A stretch of 64,000 nucleotides of DNA from Octopus sinensis (Eukaryota), in assembly GCF_006345805.1 (NCBI RefSeq), contig NC_042997.1, positions 138,880,001 through 138,944,000 on the forward strand, read 5' to 3'. The notes under the pieces were generated by a model that searched no databases, had not been told where the DNA came from, and saw only the letters and a program-made list of their open reading frames with translations. The position numbers and the translations under genes were made by a program. Each line of letters starts with the position of its first letter. The stretch's first letter is position 1. This document shows, in pieces, positions 12,880-26,630 of this stretch.

Positions 12880-14735
12880 GCCTATCCCCCATTTTTTTAG
12901 GAGGGGTAGCCATAGCAAGACACACATAAGGCATTCCATTAATTAGCCATCTGAAAAGGGTGGGCTCCTTTTGAGATGGCAAATAAATGGAATGCCCCCC
13001 TAGGGTCAAGGCATGGAACGCAACCTCCAATATCAGCAGCGGAGCCCGACAGCATTTGCTGGTTTACCCCCGTCGCTTCATGCTTGTGCCGTACCCCTTT
13101 GAGCAACATCAAAATTCATTCATCCGTCCACAAACACTCCCCAAGCTTTCCTATCGTTTATAAACTCTCTTGCATCTCTCACTCCAACACCTCTAACCAC
13201 CAAATCTTTCCTCACTCCATCCATCCATCAGCACAAACTGAGGTTCTGTTGCCTACCACTTCAGCCTTCATCACCCTCCTTACTATCCACTCTTCATCCA
13301 TCCTCTCCTTGTGACCAAACCACCGCAACATTCGTCTATCCAATTTAGTTGTTAGTTTTTCTTTCATTCCTGCTTGTCTTCGGACTGCCTCTTTCCTCAA
13401 CCTGTCCATCCGTGTCACACAAATCATAGCCCTCATACATTTCATCTCAAACACATCTAGTCGCCTTCTTTCCGCCTCTCTCAGCCCCCACGCCTCTGCA
13501 CCATATAACATTGTAGGCACAATCACGCCTTCAGACACACCTCTTTTTGCTTTCATACTCAACCTTTTATCTCTCAGCGTACCTTTCACAACTCCAAGGA
13601 TCTTACTCCACTCCCTCACTCTGTATCCCATCTCCTCAGCCAACCCCACCATCCGCCGTCACATGTGATCCTAGATACTTAAAAAACACTCACCATAAAG
13701 GCCCAATACACCTCTCTCTCGTTTGCCAAAGACTTCTCACACATCTGTCTGACTACAAATATTTGATCTGTACACCCGCTTCCACTCCTAAAACCACACT
13801 ACTCCTCCCCAGGTACACTCTCTGTCTGGTTCCTCACCCTAACAACCAGAATTCTCCCATACAGTTTAGCAACCACATACAACAGGCTTATAACACAAAA
13901 ATTTCCACAATCACATTTACTCCCTTTCCCTTGTACATTGACTCTATACAGGCACTGCACCATGCCTTTCGTACTCTTACGGCCATATAACAAACATTTA
14001 TAAGCGTCACTAACCATTCAATCACTGTCACTCCTCCTTTCTTTAGGCATTCCCCTGTACACCCATCTATACCCGGCGCCTTCCGGTTTGCCATCTTCCG
14101 CAGGGATTCCCTCACCTCTTCTCTTCAAGTTGCACCATAATTCCATTCCCCAACAACAGGCGTTCTCCACTCTCCTTCTACAGCAACTATACCTACCTCC
14201 CTAACATCCTCCACATTTAACAGCTCACTAAAATACTCTTCCCATTTTTATACATCCTCACTTCCTTTCAACAAATTTCCATTTACGTCCTTTACTCTTT
14301 CTTCCCTTCCTACAACCACATTTCTTATCCTGTGTATCTCTTTCTAAAATATCTTTATATTTCTTACAAAATTTTCAATCAACTTTTTCCCGAAACTTTC
14401 ACTCGCCTCCTGTTTCACCACCCTCACCACTCTCTTTACTTTCTACCTCACTTCTCTGTAGCGATCATAAGCCTCTCCATCCTCCGTCTGGAACCACTCT
14501 TCAAAGGTCCTTTTCTTCTCTGCCCATTCCAGCCACTCGTATATCACATACCTTAGAGGCACATCTCATTACTGCGTGTCTAAAAGCCTCCCACTACTCC
14601 TCCACATCTCCTACCTCCCGTTTCTTAACCTGTTCATATTCACCTCTCAGTTTCTCTACATACACCTGCTCTTTCTCTCTCCTATCCAGTTCACTCGCCT
14701 TCACAACCTCTCTCCTCCCTGTCACTCGTCCAGCA
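12880..14735 (-). mobile_element. Decayed RTE-clade LINE with internal RT deletion
   Basis: RKAPGIDG...EWLVTLIN (13888..14115), ISLLYVVAKLYGRIL (13799..14017), then a jump to KYLG and IVPTMLYGAEAW...FEMKCMR...LRWFGHKERM (13212..13652). The YADD region is absent. Confidence 0.85.
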
Positions 14736-15669
14736 TCCCATTATAACGGTGAGTTACCAATTTATAACGTGTTCGATCTTGGAAAAGATAATATATTTAG
14801 ATATTTATCGAGTAGAAATCTATGGTGATAAACCCGTCACTTATAACTTAATTATAAGTATTATCAATATACGTAAATCTTAACTCAGTCTGCGTAAACG
14901 CCGTGATGAATTATACACACCAAGATGCTGAACGTGCATGTATGTTGAAGCTCACTCTTTTTCACCGCTATAAGTTTCATAGTTACAAAAATAAATTTCA
15001 TTAATAGGTTGAAGAAAATGAAGAAAGAGAAATTATTTACTAAATTAGTTTGTTTACGTACATTTAATATTTACAGTACATTTTATAAGTCAAAGAAAAT
15101 TGTCGTAGAGAGTTACGACATAAAATTTATATTAACTAATTCTTCCATAGTAAGCTACTAGAATTTTAAACAACAATTCAAAATAGCGTTGATGAATTAA
15201 ATATTAGACATGGCATCACAATAGCCAATATCTCAAGAGAGTGAGTGCCGTGGAAATGAGTGACAACTAACGAACACTGAGAGTAAGTGTCATGAAAACG
15301 AGTTACAACCAACGAATACTGATTAATTTCCCCCCAAATCAGGGTTTTTATACCTGCTCATACTTGAATTCTAAGAACCGTATTTCGTGAAAGATTTCTC
15401 TTTGATGAAAGTTAGAATGCAAATATGGGCAGTAATTTCAACCAATGGGAAACTAACAATTATACCTATTCAGGCAACATGACCATTACGTCATATTACG
15501 CCGATAAAAGGTTTATTATGACTTGCGTCGCTACGCCATTTTGAGCATAGCTTCAAATTACCCTGTACTAAGAAGTGATCTGACACTCCTCTAATTTCAC
15601 CTCTCATTACATGCACATCCACGGACTTTACTACCACTCTCTTATCAATTAATATATAGTCTAATAATA

Positions 15670-16190
15670 ATAATGGTGCCCCACTATATAACGATGCCCT
15701 TAAATCTAGTGGATCTAAAGAGGTGATAGGTTACACCCCTACTATTAGGTCAGAAATAAAGAATGGGAAACATAGACGCAGGAAAATTATCTGGTTCACA
15801 CTCTATTACTTCCACGAAGTGACCTTTGATATAGGTAAATATTTCTTATCACTTATAGATAGACATTTTCCAATATATCACAAATATAGAAATCTCTTTA
15901 ATAGGCATAACCTAAAATTTAGTTTTGGTTCCACCCCAAACTTTATAAGCATAATTACGCACAATGCAACACAACATCACGAAGCCGGCTGTTCCTGCCG
16001 AGATAAAGACCCGTGCCCACTAAATGGAGGCTGTATGACCGAGGCCATTATTTATGAAGCCACTCTAAATTTCGCGAACGCTAATAAAATAGTTTCATCT
16101 AAGAGATATATGGGTCTCACGGAAGGAAATTTCAAAGCAAGATTCAACAATCACACCTTAAGCTTCAGACACTGGAATAAACTTCCCCAT
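15670..16190 (+). mobile_element. Penelope-like element C-terminal remnant (GIY-YIG endonuclease)
   Basis: RRRKIIWF...IGKYFLSLIDRHFP...CSCRDKDPCPLNGGCMTEAIIYEA...RYMGLTEGNFKARFNNHTLSF in ORF 15723..16211, the typical PLE linker plus GIY-YIG pattern. Confidence 0.85.
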
Positions 16191-16470
16191 ATGTTTTATA
16201 ACTTCCATTAATTTTCAATTCTTAATTTTTTCAATATATTTTTCCCTTTTTCCTTTTTAATTGTGCGTGTGTATGTGGTGTGTGTGTGTATGTATATATA
16301 TGTATATATATTATATGTATTTGTGTATATGTATGTAAGACTGTGTCCGGTGCAAATTGCGATTTTCATGCACACGCCCCTTCACTTATATGGTTATGCA
16401 TATTTATGTATATGTGGGGACGTAGGTGAGTGTCTGGAGTGTGTATGTATATATAAATATATGTATGTAT

Positions 16471-16543
<73 letters not shown>

Positions 16544-16654
16544 CGGGAGTGCGAATGTGCGTCTGTATATATATACGTATATTTATACCTATAACTGTCT
16601 AAATATATATGTATTATATTACGTGTATATGTGTATATGAGGATGAGGTTGCGT

Positions 16655-16688
<34 letters not shown>

Positions 16689-16949
16689 GTGTCTGCTTGT
16701 GCGTGTGGATATGCGTGTATGTATGAGTACATACATACATATATGTTTGTGTTTGTGTGCATGTACGTATGCATGTTGGTGTGAGTGTGTAGGTATGTAG
16801 ACGTTGTGAAAGCAGGAGGCTTATGTCTATGTATTGTGAAAATATGGTTGCGTGTATATTTTATGCTTTTATAATATTTTTCTTCTTTCTTTTTTTTTTA
16901 CCTAATAGAGCTACTTCCTTTATATTTAACGATTTTTTTCGTTGCGTCT

Positions 16950-17027
16950 GTTGCCATTAGTAGCTGACGAGAATGTATCGTAGCTCTTCGCTCCGGCATT
17001 CTAAACTCCGAGTATTATAATGACAAC
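16950..17027 (+). ncRNA. Type I HHR in the PLE terminal repeat (16770-17055), one core lesion
   Basis: Stem I gttgccattagtag/ttataatgacaac; CTGACGA 16964-16970; stem II GAATG/CATTC; TAAA instead of GAAA; stem III ACTC-C-GAGT; GTA cleavage triplet. Confidence 0.7.
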
Positions 17028-17055
17028 CCTTTACTGTTTGTTCTAATTTATAACA

Positions 17056-17087
<32 letters not shown>

Positions 17088-17537
17088 TACATATATATAT
17101 ACATATACATACATAATACACACACACACATACACACATATATATATGTGTAGTAAGAACAAAAATTATTTGTGGATGAAGATTTTTATACTTTATTAAT
17201 GCAATGCGACATATGTTTCTGCATACCACATGTTGATTTGCGACTATGTATTCACATCCATAGGATATTAAATATTATTCATAATATATCTATGGATCTT
17301 GAGCATGCTTTTATTCCAAGTGTATGCTTCGTTAGGCATTTGATGGACTTTTACGAGCGCATTCAGAGACATTTGCTCTTACTAATTTTACAATCCTATT
17401 TTATAAAGCATTTGGACCCCACCCCAACCGCCTTAATTCATAATTGTCCGAATAGATACTTCTCTATGTTTTAACGCAACTACTGGCATTGTCCATCCCT
17501 TCGCATTGTACTTGTTTACATGTTTTTTTTAATACAA

Positions 17538-17844
17538 CTAGCAGTATCGCCCGGCGTTGCTCGGGTTTGTAAAGGAAATAACTATATAAGCATTTTTAGA
17601 GAGTTACTTCCCTTATATAATCCGAGCAAAAATCATTAAAACTGCGGAAAAATGATGGTAATTTTTTTTTTAAATCGTAGACTCATCGTACACGCGCGCT
17701 AATACCCAGAAGGGCTCGATATGAATGACGACTATAAGATACCCGCTTTTGGTTGAACTGCACCGCAAAATGTGAGAGTAGTTAGGAATCTAAATTGGAG
17801 GAGACAGAGTCTCAGACACACAACTTCAATTTTATATATAAAGA
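17538..17844 (-). mobile_element. Complete non-autonomous Helitron (307 bp)
   Basis: Minus strand begins A|TC(TTTATATATAAAA), ends with hairpin CCCGAGCAACGCCGGG then CTAG|T; no TSD; inserted between A and T. Confidence 0.8.
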
Positions 17845-17864
17845 TGTCCTAAGCGGTTTTGGGC

Positions 17865-20644
17865 TTAACATACAAATTGCAAAGGTCTCTTGTGATTATC
17901 TCATTCAGAGTTGAATTTAGGGATTTTGGTTTTCAACATATAACTCAGTACTTTAATATATTTTATATAGTTTTCATATTTTATATTTTTTTAATTTTCG
18001 ACATTATGGGGATTTTACGAAAGTAAATGGATATCCATTTACAACAGGCAAACCCTAGAGGAATTCTTGTCAGGAATAATAATAAATTAAAGAAGAGTAA
18101 AGTTAATTTGATATGCAAGATGATACTGAAATGTAGAATGGTTAATTGGTTTTGTCAAAGTGGTTTTTGGCTTTGTCCACCACTGACAAGATCTCCAGAT
18201 CACACTGAATTTATGAAGATGAAGCAAGGAACTACTTTTGCACACCTCTAGTAATTTCAAGCTAAGGAATGTAATTATTTCGATTTTATTCACGAAGCTT
18301 CATCAATTTTCTGGCGCTTTCAATCAATCGATATTTGATGCAAGTAATCACATCGGACTCAATTAACGGATTAGAGCTTTATTAGTTTATGGATCATAGT
18401 TGAAAAATTATTGCTTCAAAGAAGAGTTTCATCATAGTGAATGTCAACATACCAGTTCGACAATATTCAGTAGATTACCATATAGGGAAATTCAACAACC
18501 TTACTTTGTCGAAAATCTCTGGATAAAGAATCAAGCCTTTGCTTTCATTGGAATATTCAACGTGATGTGAGGGTAGTTTTATCCGCAGAAATATTATTAG
18601 TATTGTTGCTCTACTAATTTTATTAGTCATCTAGCATACACAAAAACTGACTTACACTCGAGTCAACCAGTAAACCTATATATGGTCGCTCAACTTGCTA
18701 GAAATACCAACCAAATCTCACGAGAAAAACACTCATTTTAAAATAGATGTATTGGATTAAGTCATTTTAAGTATAAATTACCTGAGAAAAAATGGAATAA
18801 CTACGGCTGTAATGCATCTCTTAAATATAGGTTTATGTGATTAGAGTTCGTTTGGAGCAAAACAACAACAACAACATCAATTCTATCACACTTGGCATCC
18901 CGTAGTTGAACGGTTCCCTCTCCTTTATTCAAAACCGAAATCCCGGTAATTAAAGAACAAGAAGCAGTCGGTGTAAGAACGCTCAATATCCTTTTGCTGT
19001 AAGCAATCTGAAATTGCTATCATCTAAAACACTACTTCAATATAATTAACATTCTATGTCCTGCCGTATTGCTTTCCATAATTATAATTTACTGTTAATA
19101 ATTAGCCGTGCTATTAACTTCTGTATCTGAGATTAATCAAGCCAAATTTCAGTCTATTAAGTACTATGTTGCTGTCTCATATAATAATAAACTGTTTATG
19201 CTTCATCCGTTACCCAGATTGACACTACCACCTGGTTCATGGATTTCTTTAGAAGGATTCACTTTTGTTGTAAGTTTATGGGTCAGGTTTCTCGTCTAAA
19301 GATAATAATTTCCCTCTTCTACCCACCAACCATCGAGAAACTGAAAATGGTATGAACATCGCGTACTCTACCTCTGTTTAAACCAACATAAATCGTATTA
19401 GAGACAGAAGAAGGGGTAAAACATTAATCACGTGTTTGTTATATTTGGGGATAGTCATATTTTTGCCTATTAATTTATCCTCACTTTAACGTTATAATTA
19501 TTCTTATTTTAATGTCCTTTATCTGAAATTTCTCGTCATACATCCCGTGACATCTTCAACGACTCACCATCCTACGTGTCTCCTCTTGTTCTGTTATGGT
19601 CACTGTCGTGAAGACCAGGCATACAAAAACATGACCATTCCCAAATACAATTATCTGTTTCAACACACGATTTCACATCGAGAATCTTGCAAATACATAT
19701 ATTAATCACATGACTTCTGCAATATGGTTCAAAACTAGACAGTTCACAAGTCAAAGAACAGTTGTAGGGATAATAAAAGAAACAGTGAAGTGATACTGAT
19801 CATTACTGACTATTACCATTTTAGTTTTCTTGTGGTCGGAGTGAGTAAAAGTTTGCTTGTCAAAAAGAAAAACTTTTCTTTGCTTACTGCATATAATATC
19901 TCTGTATAGCAGTTACACTATCCTAAATATGAGAGCAGTACTGTAGTGTGAGAGTTATTAGCATCTAATGAAAGGTCAACAAATGTTGATAGTTGAGTAT
20001 TTTTAGACCCTGCAAGAAAAGAAGCCTCGGATTTTAGGATACAGTTTTGGCAGTGCTATAGGTGTGCGACAGTCAGGAAAGATACTGGGGAGTCTAAGTA
20101 TTTGTTGCTAATTTGATGATTTTAAATTTCTTCATTCCGTCCTTTAATTGAATTTGGTTACATAAACAACTCCAACACACACATATTTGAAAGCTCCCGA
20201 AGATTGATGAAGCTTCGTGAATAAAATCGAAATAATTACATTCCTTAGCTTGCAATTACTAGGGGTGTGCAAAAGTAGTTCCTTGCTTCATCTTCATAAA
20301 TTCAGTGTGATCTGGAGATCTTGTCTGTACTGGACAAAGCCAAAAACCACTTTGACAAAACCAATTAACCATTCTACATTTCAGTATCATCTTGCACATC
20401 AGATTAATTTTACTCTTCTTTAATTTATTATTATTCCTGACAAGAATTCCTCTAGGGTTTGCCTGTTGTAAATGGATATCCATTTACTTTCGTAAAATCC
20501 CCATAATGTCGAAAATTTAAAAATATAAAATATGAAAACTATATAAAATATATTAAAGTACTGAGTTATATGTTGAAAACCAAAATCCCTAAATTCAACT
20601 CTGAATGAGATAATCACAAGAGGCCTTTACAATTTGTATGTTAA
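17865..20644. repeat. Long inverted repeat: about 460-bp arms (17865-18323, 20188-20644) with a 1.9-kb spacer and TTAA at both outer ends
   Basis: Arms align by eye with roughly 12-15 substitutions; ORF pairs 18027..18251 / 20259..20483 and 18087..18293 / 20217..20423 mirror each other. Confidence 0.9.
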
Positions 20645-21497
20645 TGCAAAAAGTCAAATTTAATTCTGTTTTTTTCTCTATCATTATCTATTATTTTCTT
20701 TTCGTTTATCTCAGTTTTCAGTGAGTGGTGTTCTGTTTTTTAATAAGCACACGTGTTTATCGTCTCGTAATATCCTCAAAGTAGTATTTTATTGCGATAA
20801 AGTATATAAAACTGTAAGACGTAGCAAACAAGCTGATGTTTTTTCATTGCTAGTAGAGGGTAATTTGAGAATGTGCACTATTCTGCATATTTTTCTCTCT
20901 ATTAAATATCAGATTGATATATTTAAATAGTACTATACTGATATGTCTGACTTACAGCCGTACCCTTAGAAATTTAAGTTAAGAGTATTTAGTTTTGGTA
21001 TTTGTATTCAAGTTATTTTTATGCGCAGATTAGGTCGATGACCCAGTTGAAATTTTTTGCTTCATCTTTTAAGCAGTAACAGTGGTGCCAGATAATTCTG
21101 TCTGCTCTAGATAGCTTTTGAATTAGAATTCCATGCCTCCTGCGAATATTTGTCAACTTACTACTGCAGTCTCATAGGTTATTTACTGCTTTTATAGGAT
21201 AACTATCAAATAATTACCAGTTAGTAATTTTATCTACTTGTAATCTATAGTAAGTCTAATATTCATTTCAATCTAAGCTGTTTGCTTGTCATCGATGAGA
21301 GTAACAGATCAGCAAGCGCTTAGCTAAACATGTCGAAGGTTAGTCATGCAGGCTGAAGCCAAAACAAATATGCAGCTGTAAATATGCAAATAGAGAAGAC
21401 AAATCTAGTTCTGCCTGCAATATTGTATTCAAAACAAAATATGATAGAGTTATACATGTTAAACATAAACACTGGTTAATATATTACGTTTCGACAG

Positions 21498-21712
21498 AAG
21501 GCGGCGAGCAGGCAGAATCGTTAGCACACTGGGTAATAATGCTTAGCAGCATTTCGCCCGTCTTCACGTTCTGAGTTCAAATTTCCACGAGGTCGACATT
21601 GCTTTTTATCTTCCCTGGGTCGATAAAATAAACACCAGTTGATTTCTGGGGTCGATGTAATCGACTTACCCCCTCTCCTGAAATTGCTGGCCTTGTATCA
21701 AAATTTGAAACC
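21498..21712 (+). mobile_element. tRNA-derived SINE, family B (second copy 47219-47429 minus)
   Basis: Head GGCGGCGAGC(A/T)GGCAGAATCGTTAG with a B-box-like GAGTTCAAAT; shared 3' AAATTTGAA end. Confidence 0.75.
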
Positions 21713-22579
21713 GATATAGCAGAGTAGGGTTATCCAAGCTGTTATGTGGGAAAACTGTCTCTCCATAAGCCCTCGCAAAGTAACGAAGCAGTCCAGAGGT
21801 ATTTGACAGACAAATAAAATTTAATAACTGTCTCAGTAAGTGTTAAATGGAACACTGGTCTAGTACAGATGTACTGAATAAATATATTTATAAACAAGTA
21901 TTCATAGATGAATATCGAATATGGTAATTAGGTTTTGGTTAGAACATCCTCTTTGTTCTCCAGATCAGAGATGCGAGAGTTCTTTAATGACCCACAGACA
22001 GTTCTCTTGTAGTGTTTAGATAACCTCTAATTTAAGAATAGCCACTGAGATAAAGTAACACGAGACAGCATAACATTGGAGGTGGATTAACACAAATCAA
22101 TGTAATATTACAAACATAATTCATTGGGTCACTTATATTTAGTATATTAATACGTACATTATACGTAGGAGGGAGTTCGTGTAGGGTTGTTTGTGTCTGC
22201 GCGCATGCGATTGCGAGGATGCGTGCGGCTGCGTGATTATGTCTGCGTCTGTGCCTCTATGCAATTAAAATTCATATTATACGAAAATAATATTACACAC
22301 ACACACAAACACATACTATATATATATATATATATAAAATGTTTTAATATATGTACATATATGTACATAGAGATTACGCTGCTTGCAGTGTGTCTAGATA
22401 TTTAAATGCACACATTTTAATTAGCACTTATCGCAGATATCGTGCTCTATCGTAATATTAACATTCCTATATCAACAAGATATTGCAATGTACATATGCA
22501 AGCATTTAGTCTATAATATAAACTTAAATACACACACATACACATGTAAATATACATGCGCACATACAAACACACACAC

Positions 22580-22624
<45 letters not shown>

Positions 22625-22869
22625 GAAATAAGGTACACAGAAATCTGGATGGAAATCTGGATGAAATTTTATATTTACAGATATTTATTAATAATCTTGC
22701 GGTTCGGCAAAAAGGGACCAATAGAATAAGTACTAGGTATACAAAGAATAAGTCCTGGTGACGATTTGCTCGACTAAAGGTTGTGCTCCAGCATGACCGC
22801 AGTCAGATGACTGAAACAAATAAAAGAGAAAAAAATAGTAAAGATTATATATAAATACATATGTATATG

Positions 22870-25437
22870 CTGGGGCACCACCGCTGAATGAGCTACACTA
22901 ATATGTGAATCCACCTCTGATACGTGGCACTTGATCAACAAGGGAGTTCGACGCTGCTGCCCGCATCTGCGTCTCCTGTCGTGAGGTAGGTTCATCTGGG
23001 ACTCCCGACAAGAAGAGATCCAGTTTAGTTTTAAAGAAACCCACATCCACACCATGCAAGTCTCTCAGGCATTTAGGGAGGATGTTAAAGAGCTGTGGTC
23101 CTCTGAAACCCAAGCTGTTGCAGTATCTGGACCTGTATTTTGATGGTGATGTTGGAATCATGCAGTGGCGCCCCGTTCTGCAGTTGGGGTAACTTTGAAT
23201 GCCAAAGTTTGGGACAAGACCCTCCAGGATTTTCCAGATGTATATCACCGCATATCTCTCCCGCCTCCGCTCTAGGGAGAAGAGGTTTAATACCTTCAAT
23301 CTTTCCCAGTAGCTGATATTTTGCATTGAGACGATTTTCTTTGTGCAGCTTCTCTGAATTGCTTCGAGTTCTGCTGTTAGTTTTATATTGTGTGGTGACC
23401 ATAGTTGGGAGCAGTAGTCCAAGCGGTTGAGGACGAATGTTTTCCATAGGACCATCAGTGTCTCCTTCTCTCTTGTTCTGAAAATTCGGAGAATCCATCC
23501 AGCTAGCCGTCTGCATTTTATCACCAGATTAGCAATATGCACTTGGAAAGATGCATCATTCCTCATGTCAATGCCCAGGTCACGCACTGATTTTGACTCA
23601 GGGATTGCAATTCTTTCTGGGCCAGTGTATCCAGTCTGCACGTCGTTTACTTTGTGTGCCAGTAGCGCAGGGCCTGGAACTTACCTGCATTAAACTGTTG
23701 TTGTCCTCAGCCCACCTGTATATTGTGTCCAACTCCTGTTGCAGATGCGCAATATTTTCAGGGTTTTGTATTGCGTGGGAGACTTTTGTGTCATCTGCAT
23801 AACTAGCAAGGGTGGTCATCGTAGCAACTGAAGGCATGTCTGAAAGGGCCACTATGAACATCAGTGGCCCCAAGACAGTGCCCTGTGGGACACCGCTTGT
23901 TATTTGTGTTTCCTTGGAGGTGGCTCCATTGCTCACAACTGTCTGTTTTCTGTCTTTTAGGAAGTTGTGCAGCCACTCTCCAAGTTTTCCGCCTATGCCG
24001 AAACCACGCAGTTTTTGACAGATCATACCATGGTCGACTTTATCAAAGGCTTTTGCAAAGTCGAGATATATTACATCCACATTTGAGCCATTTAGTAACT
24101 GTTTCAACACCCAGTCATAGTGTTGCAGGAGCTGTGTTAGGTAGCTTCTACCTGGTCGAAATCCATGCTGGGTGTCAGACAGCAAGTCATTTTCTTCAAA
24201 GAACATGATTAGTTTCTTACGGACTATTCATTCCATGACTTTGCAGATACGTGAGGTCAGAGAGATAGGCCTATAATTTTTAGCATCTGCTCTGCTACCT
24301 TCCTTATGGATAGGGCATATTACCCCCTCTTTCAATTTGACTGGGAGCTTACCACTTGCAAGAAAGCTCTTAAAAAGAAGCTGTAGCGGTTTTGCAAGGG
24401 CTCGTTTGCACGAGGTGAGAAGGATCGCTGGGAATCCATCAGGTCCAGCAGCTGAGTTTGTGTCAATCTCATCTATAGCTAGTGTGATATCATCATCTTC
24501 GATGTTGATGTACTCAATTTTTGCCTTTTTGGCCGCAGGTAAAGTGGCAAAGAGTTCTTCTGGGTTGTTTACTTGCCTGTGTCCTAGAGGTGTAGTGAAC
24601 ACACTTTGGAATTGTTCGTTTAGTATTTCACTTATCCTCGTGGGGTTTCCTGTGAGAGAGCCATCTTTTTGGAAGAGAGGTCCTATTCTCTGGTGCAGTG
24701 TGGCTGTCTCTTTGGCAAACTTAAAGAAAGCTTTAGGGTTTGATTTTATATTTTCTATTACCCAAGCTTCTTTATCTGCTCTCTTCTTTTCATGGGACTG
24801 ATGCAGACTTTTCTCAATTTCCATTAGCATTCTCTCGAGCCGAGACTTCTCACCACTTTTGGTGTGCTTGCTCAGGCGGTTCGCAATCCTTGTCCGTCAT
24901 CTCGTAAGAATCTTCCTTTCTCTAGGGATCCTGTTTTTGTTTTTGTGTGTGCTGGCCCTGCACACTGGGACATATTTGTCACATATGGCTTGTATTATGG
25001 ACATGAAGTGTTTGTGTTTCATGTTTATGTCCGGTGTGGAGAGACATTTAGGCCAATCCTGTTTGATGATCTCTTTCTCAATCAACTTCCAGTTTGCTAT
25101 ATGAAAGTTTAAGTTGGAGAGATGGTGGATGCTTCGTATAGGCTGTGAGTCTACGGGGGCTTTTGTTCCATACATAGACAGCTCTATTATGTTGTGATCC
25201 GAGATCATTGTCGGCATCACATTAAAATTATGGATAATATCCATATTGTTTGTGAAGCAGAGATCCAGTATATTATCTGCCCTTGTTGGTTGCAGAACTA
25301 TTTGCTACATGAAAGAGGCATTTGTGAGATGGAGCAGGGACTCTGCCTGTGCCTGCTAATAGTGTGTCATCCCTGGGAGCATCTGCCCCCCAGGCCATTC
25401 CACATTGGGGAGGTTAAAGTCACCCATGAAGAATACA
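22870..25437 (-). mobile_element. CR1/L2-group LINE, 5'-truncated within the APE domain; RT largely intact
   Basis: GDFNLP and SDHN (APE); AAGPDGFP, NYRPISLTS, QHGFRPGRS, DVIYLDFAKAFDKV, SGVPQGTVLGP, YADDT (RT); RLDYCSQLWSP, LERRRER and FKTKLDLFL (C-terminus). Split over ORFs 24897..25244, 24228..24830, 23598..24206 and 22898..23641. Confidence 0.92.
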
Positions 25438-25445
25438 CTATATGT

Positions 25446-25535
<90 letters not shown>

Positions 25536-25834
25536 TATAGATCTATATATATACATAAATATATATATAGACATAAATATATATAAATATGTATGTATAC
25601 ACACACATTTATATATATATATAGATATAAACCTATATATATACATTTATACCTATACAACTATATGTATATATACGTATAAATATATACATACAAATAG
25701 AAACATATATATGTTCACATATATATACACATGCATACAAGCATGCACATATTTATACATATATCTACATACATGCTTATTTATACATATATATATATTC
25801 AGCTGTATATACATATATACATATATAAGACATA

Positions 25835-25870
<36 letters not shown>

Positions 25871-26268
25871 TAGTGTGTGTGCGCGTATGCATATATATAT
25901 ATTTATGTGAGATAAAAGTTCCACATTTAATAGTTTCAGTAAAAATAGTGAAAGTATAGAGATGTTATTGTTCCACTTTTGACACGTAAAACTGAAATAG
26001 TGTAAGAGATAAGAGATTGCTCCAGGTTCGCATTAGGCAAGAAATTGAAACACTTTTTGGCCCATGATACTAAGTAAGGTATGTGTAAAATTTGAATGAA
26101 ATCGGATGGGTAGTTCTTGAGTTTTAGTGATGCACGCATACATACAGACACACATTCTCAGTTTTATATATATAGACATATATGTATGTATATAAGTGTA
26201 TATATTTATATATATATACATATATATATATATATGTACGTGTATATCTATATATATATGTGTGTGTA

Positions 26269-26355
<87 letters not shown>

Positions 26356-26370
26356 AATGAAAGGATGGAG

Positions 26371-26434
26371 TCGAACGACGATTTTAACAAAATTCCTTTA
26401 CTAGTAAAGGAATTTTGTTAAAATCGTCGTTCGA
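26371..26434. repeat. Perfect 64-bp palindrome with no spacer
   Basis: TCGAACGACGATTTTAACAAAATTCCTTTACT|AGTAAAGGAATTTTGTTAAAATCGTCGTTCGA. Confidence 0.97.
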
Positions 26435-26584
26435 TTCATAGTTAAAAAAAACACCAAATTTACACACGAGAACACGGGATCCCTGCCCTTGGCATATAGC
26501 TTCAACCGTGTTTTCTGACGTGAATTTGCTACCCAGGTATCGGTTAACCGAATTATCCATACTAGGATAATTCATTCACCTTCT

Positions 26585-26630
<46 letters not shown>

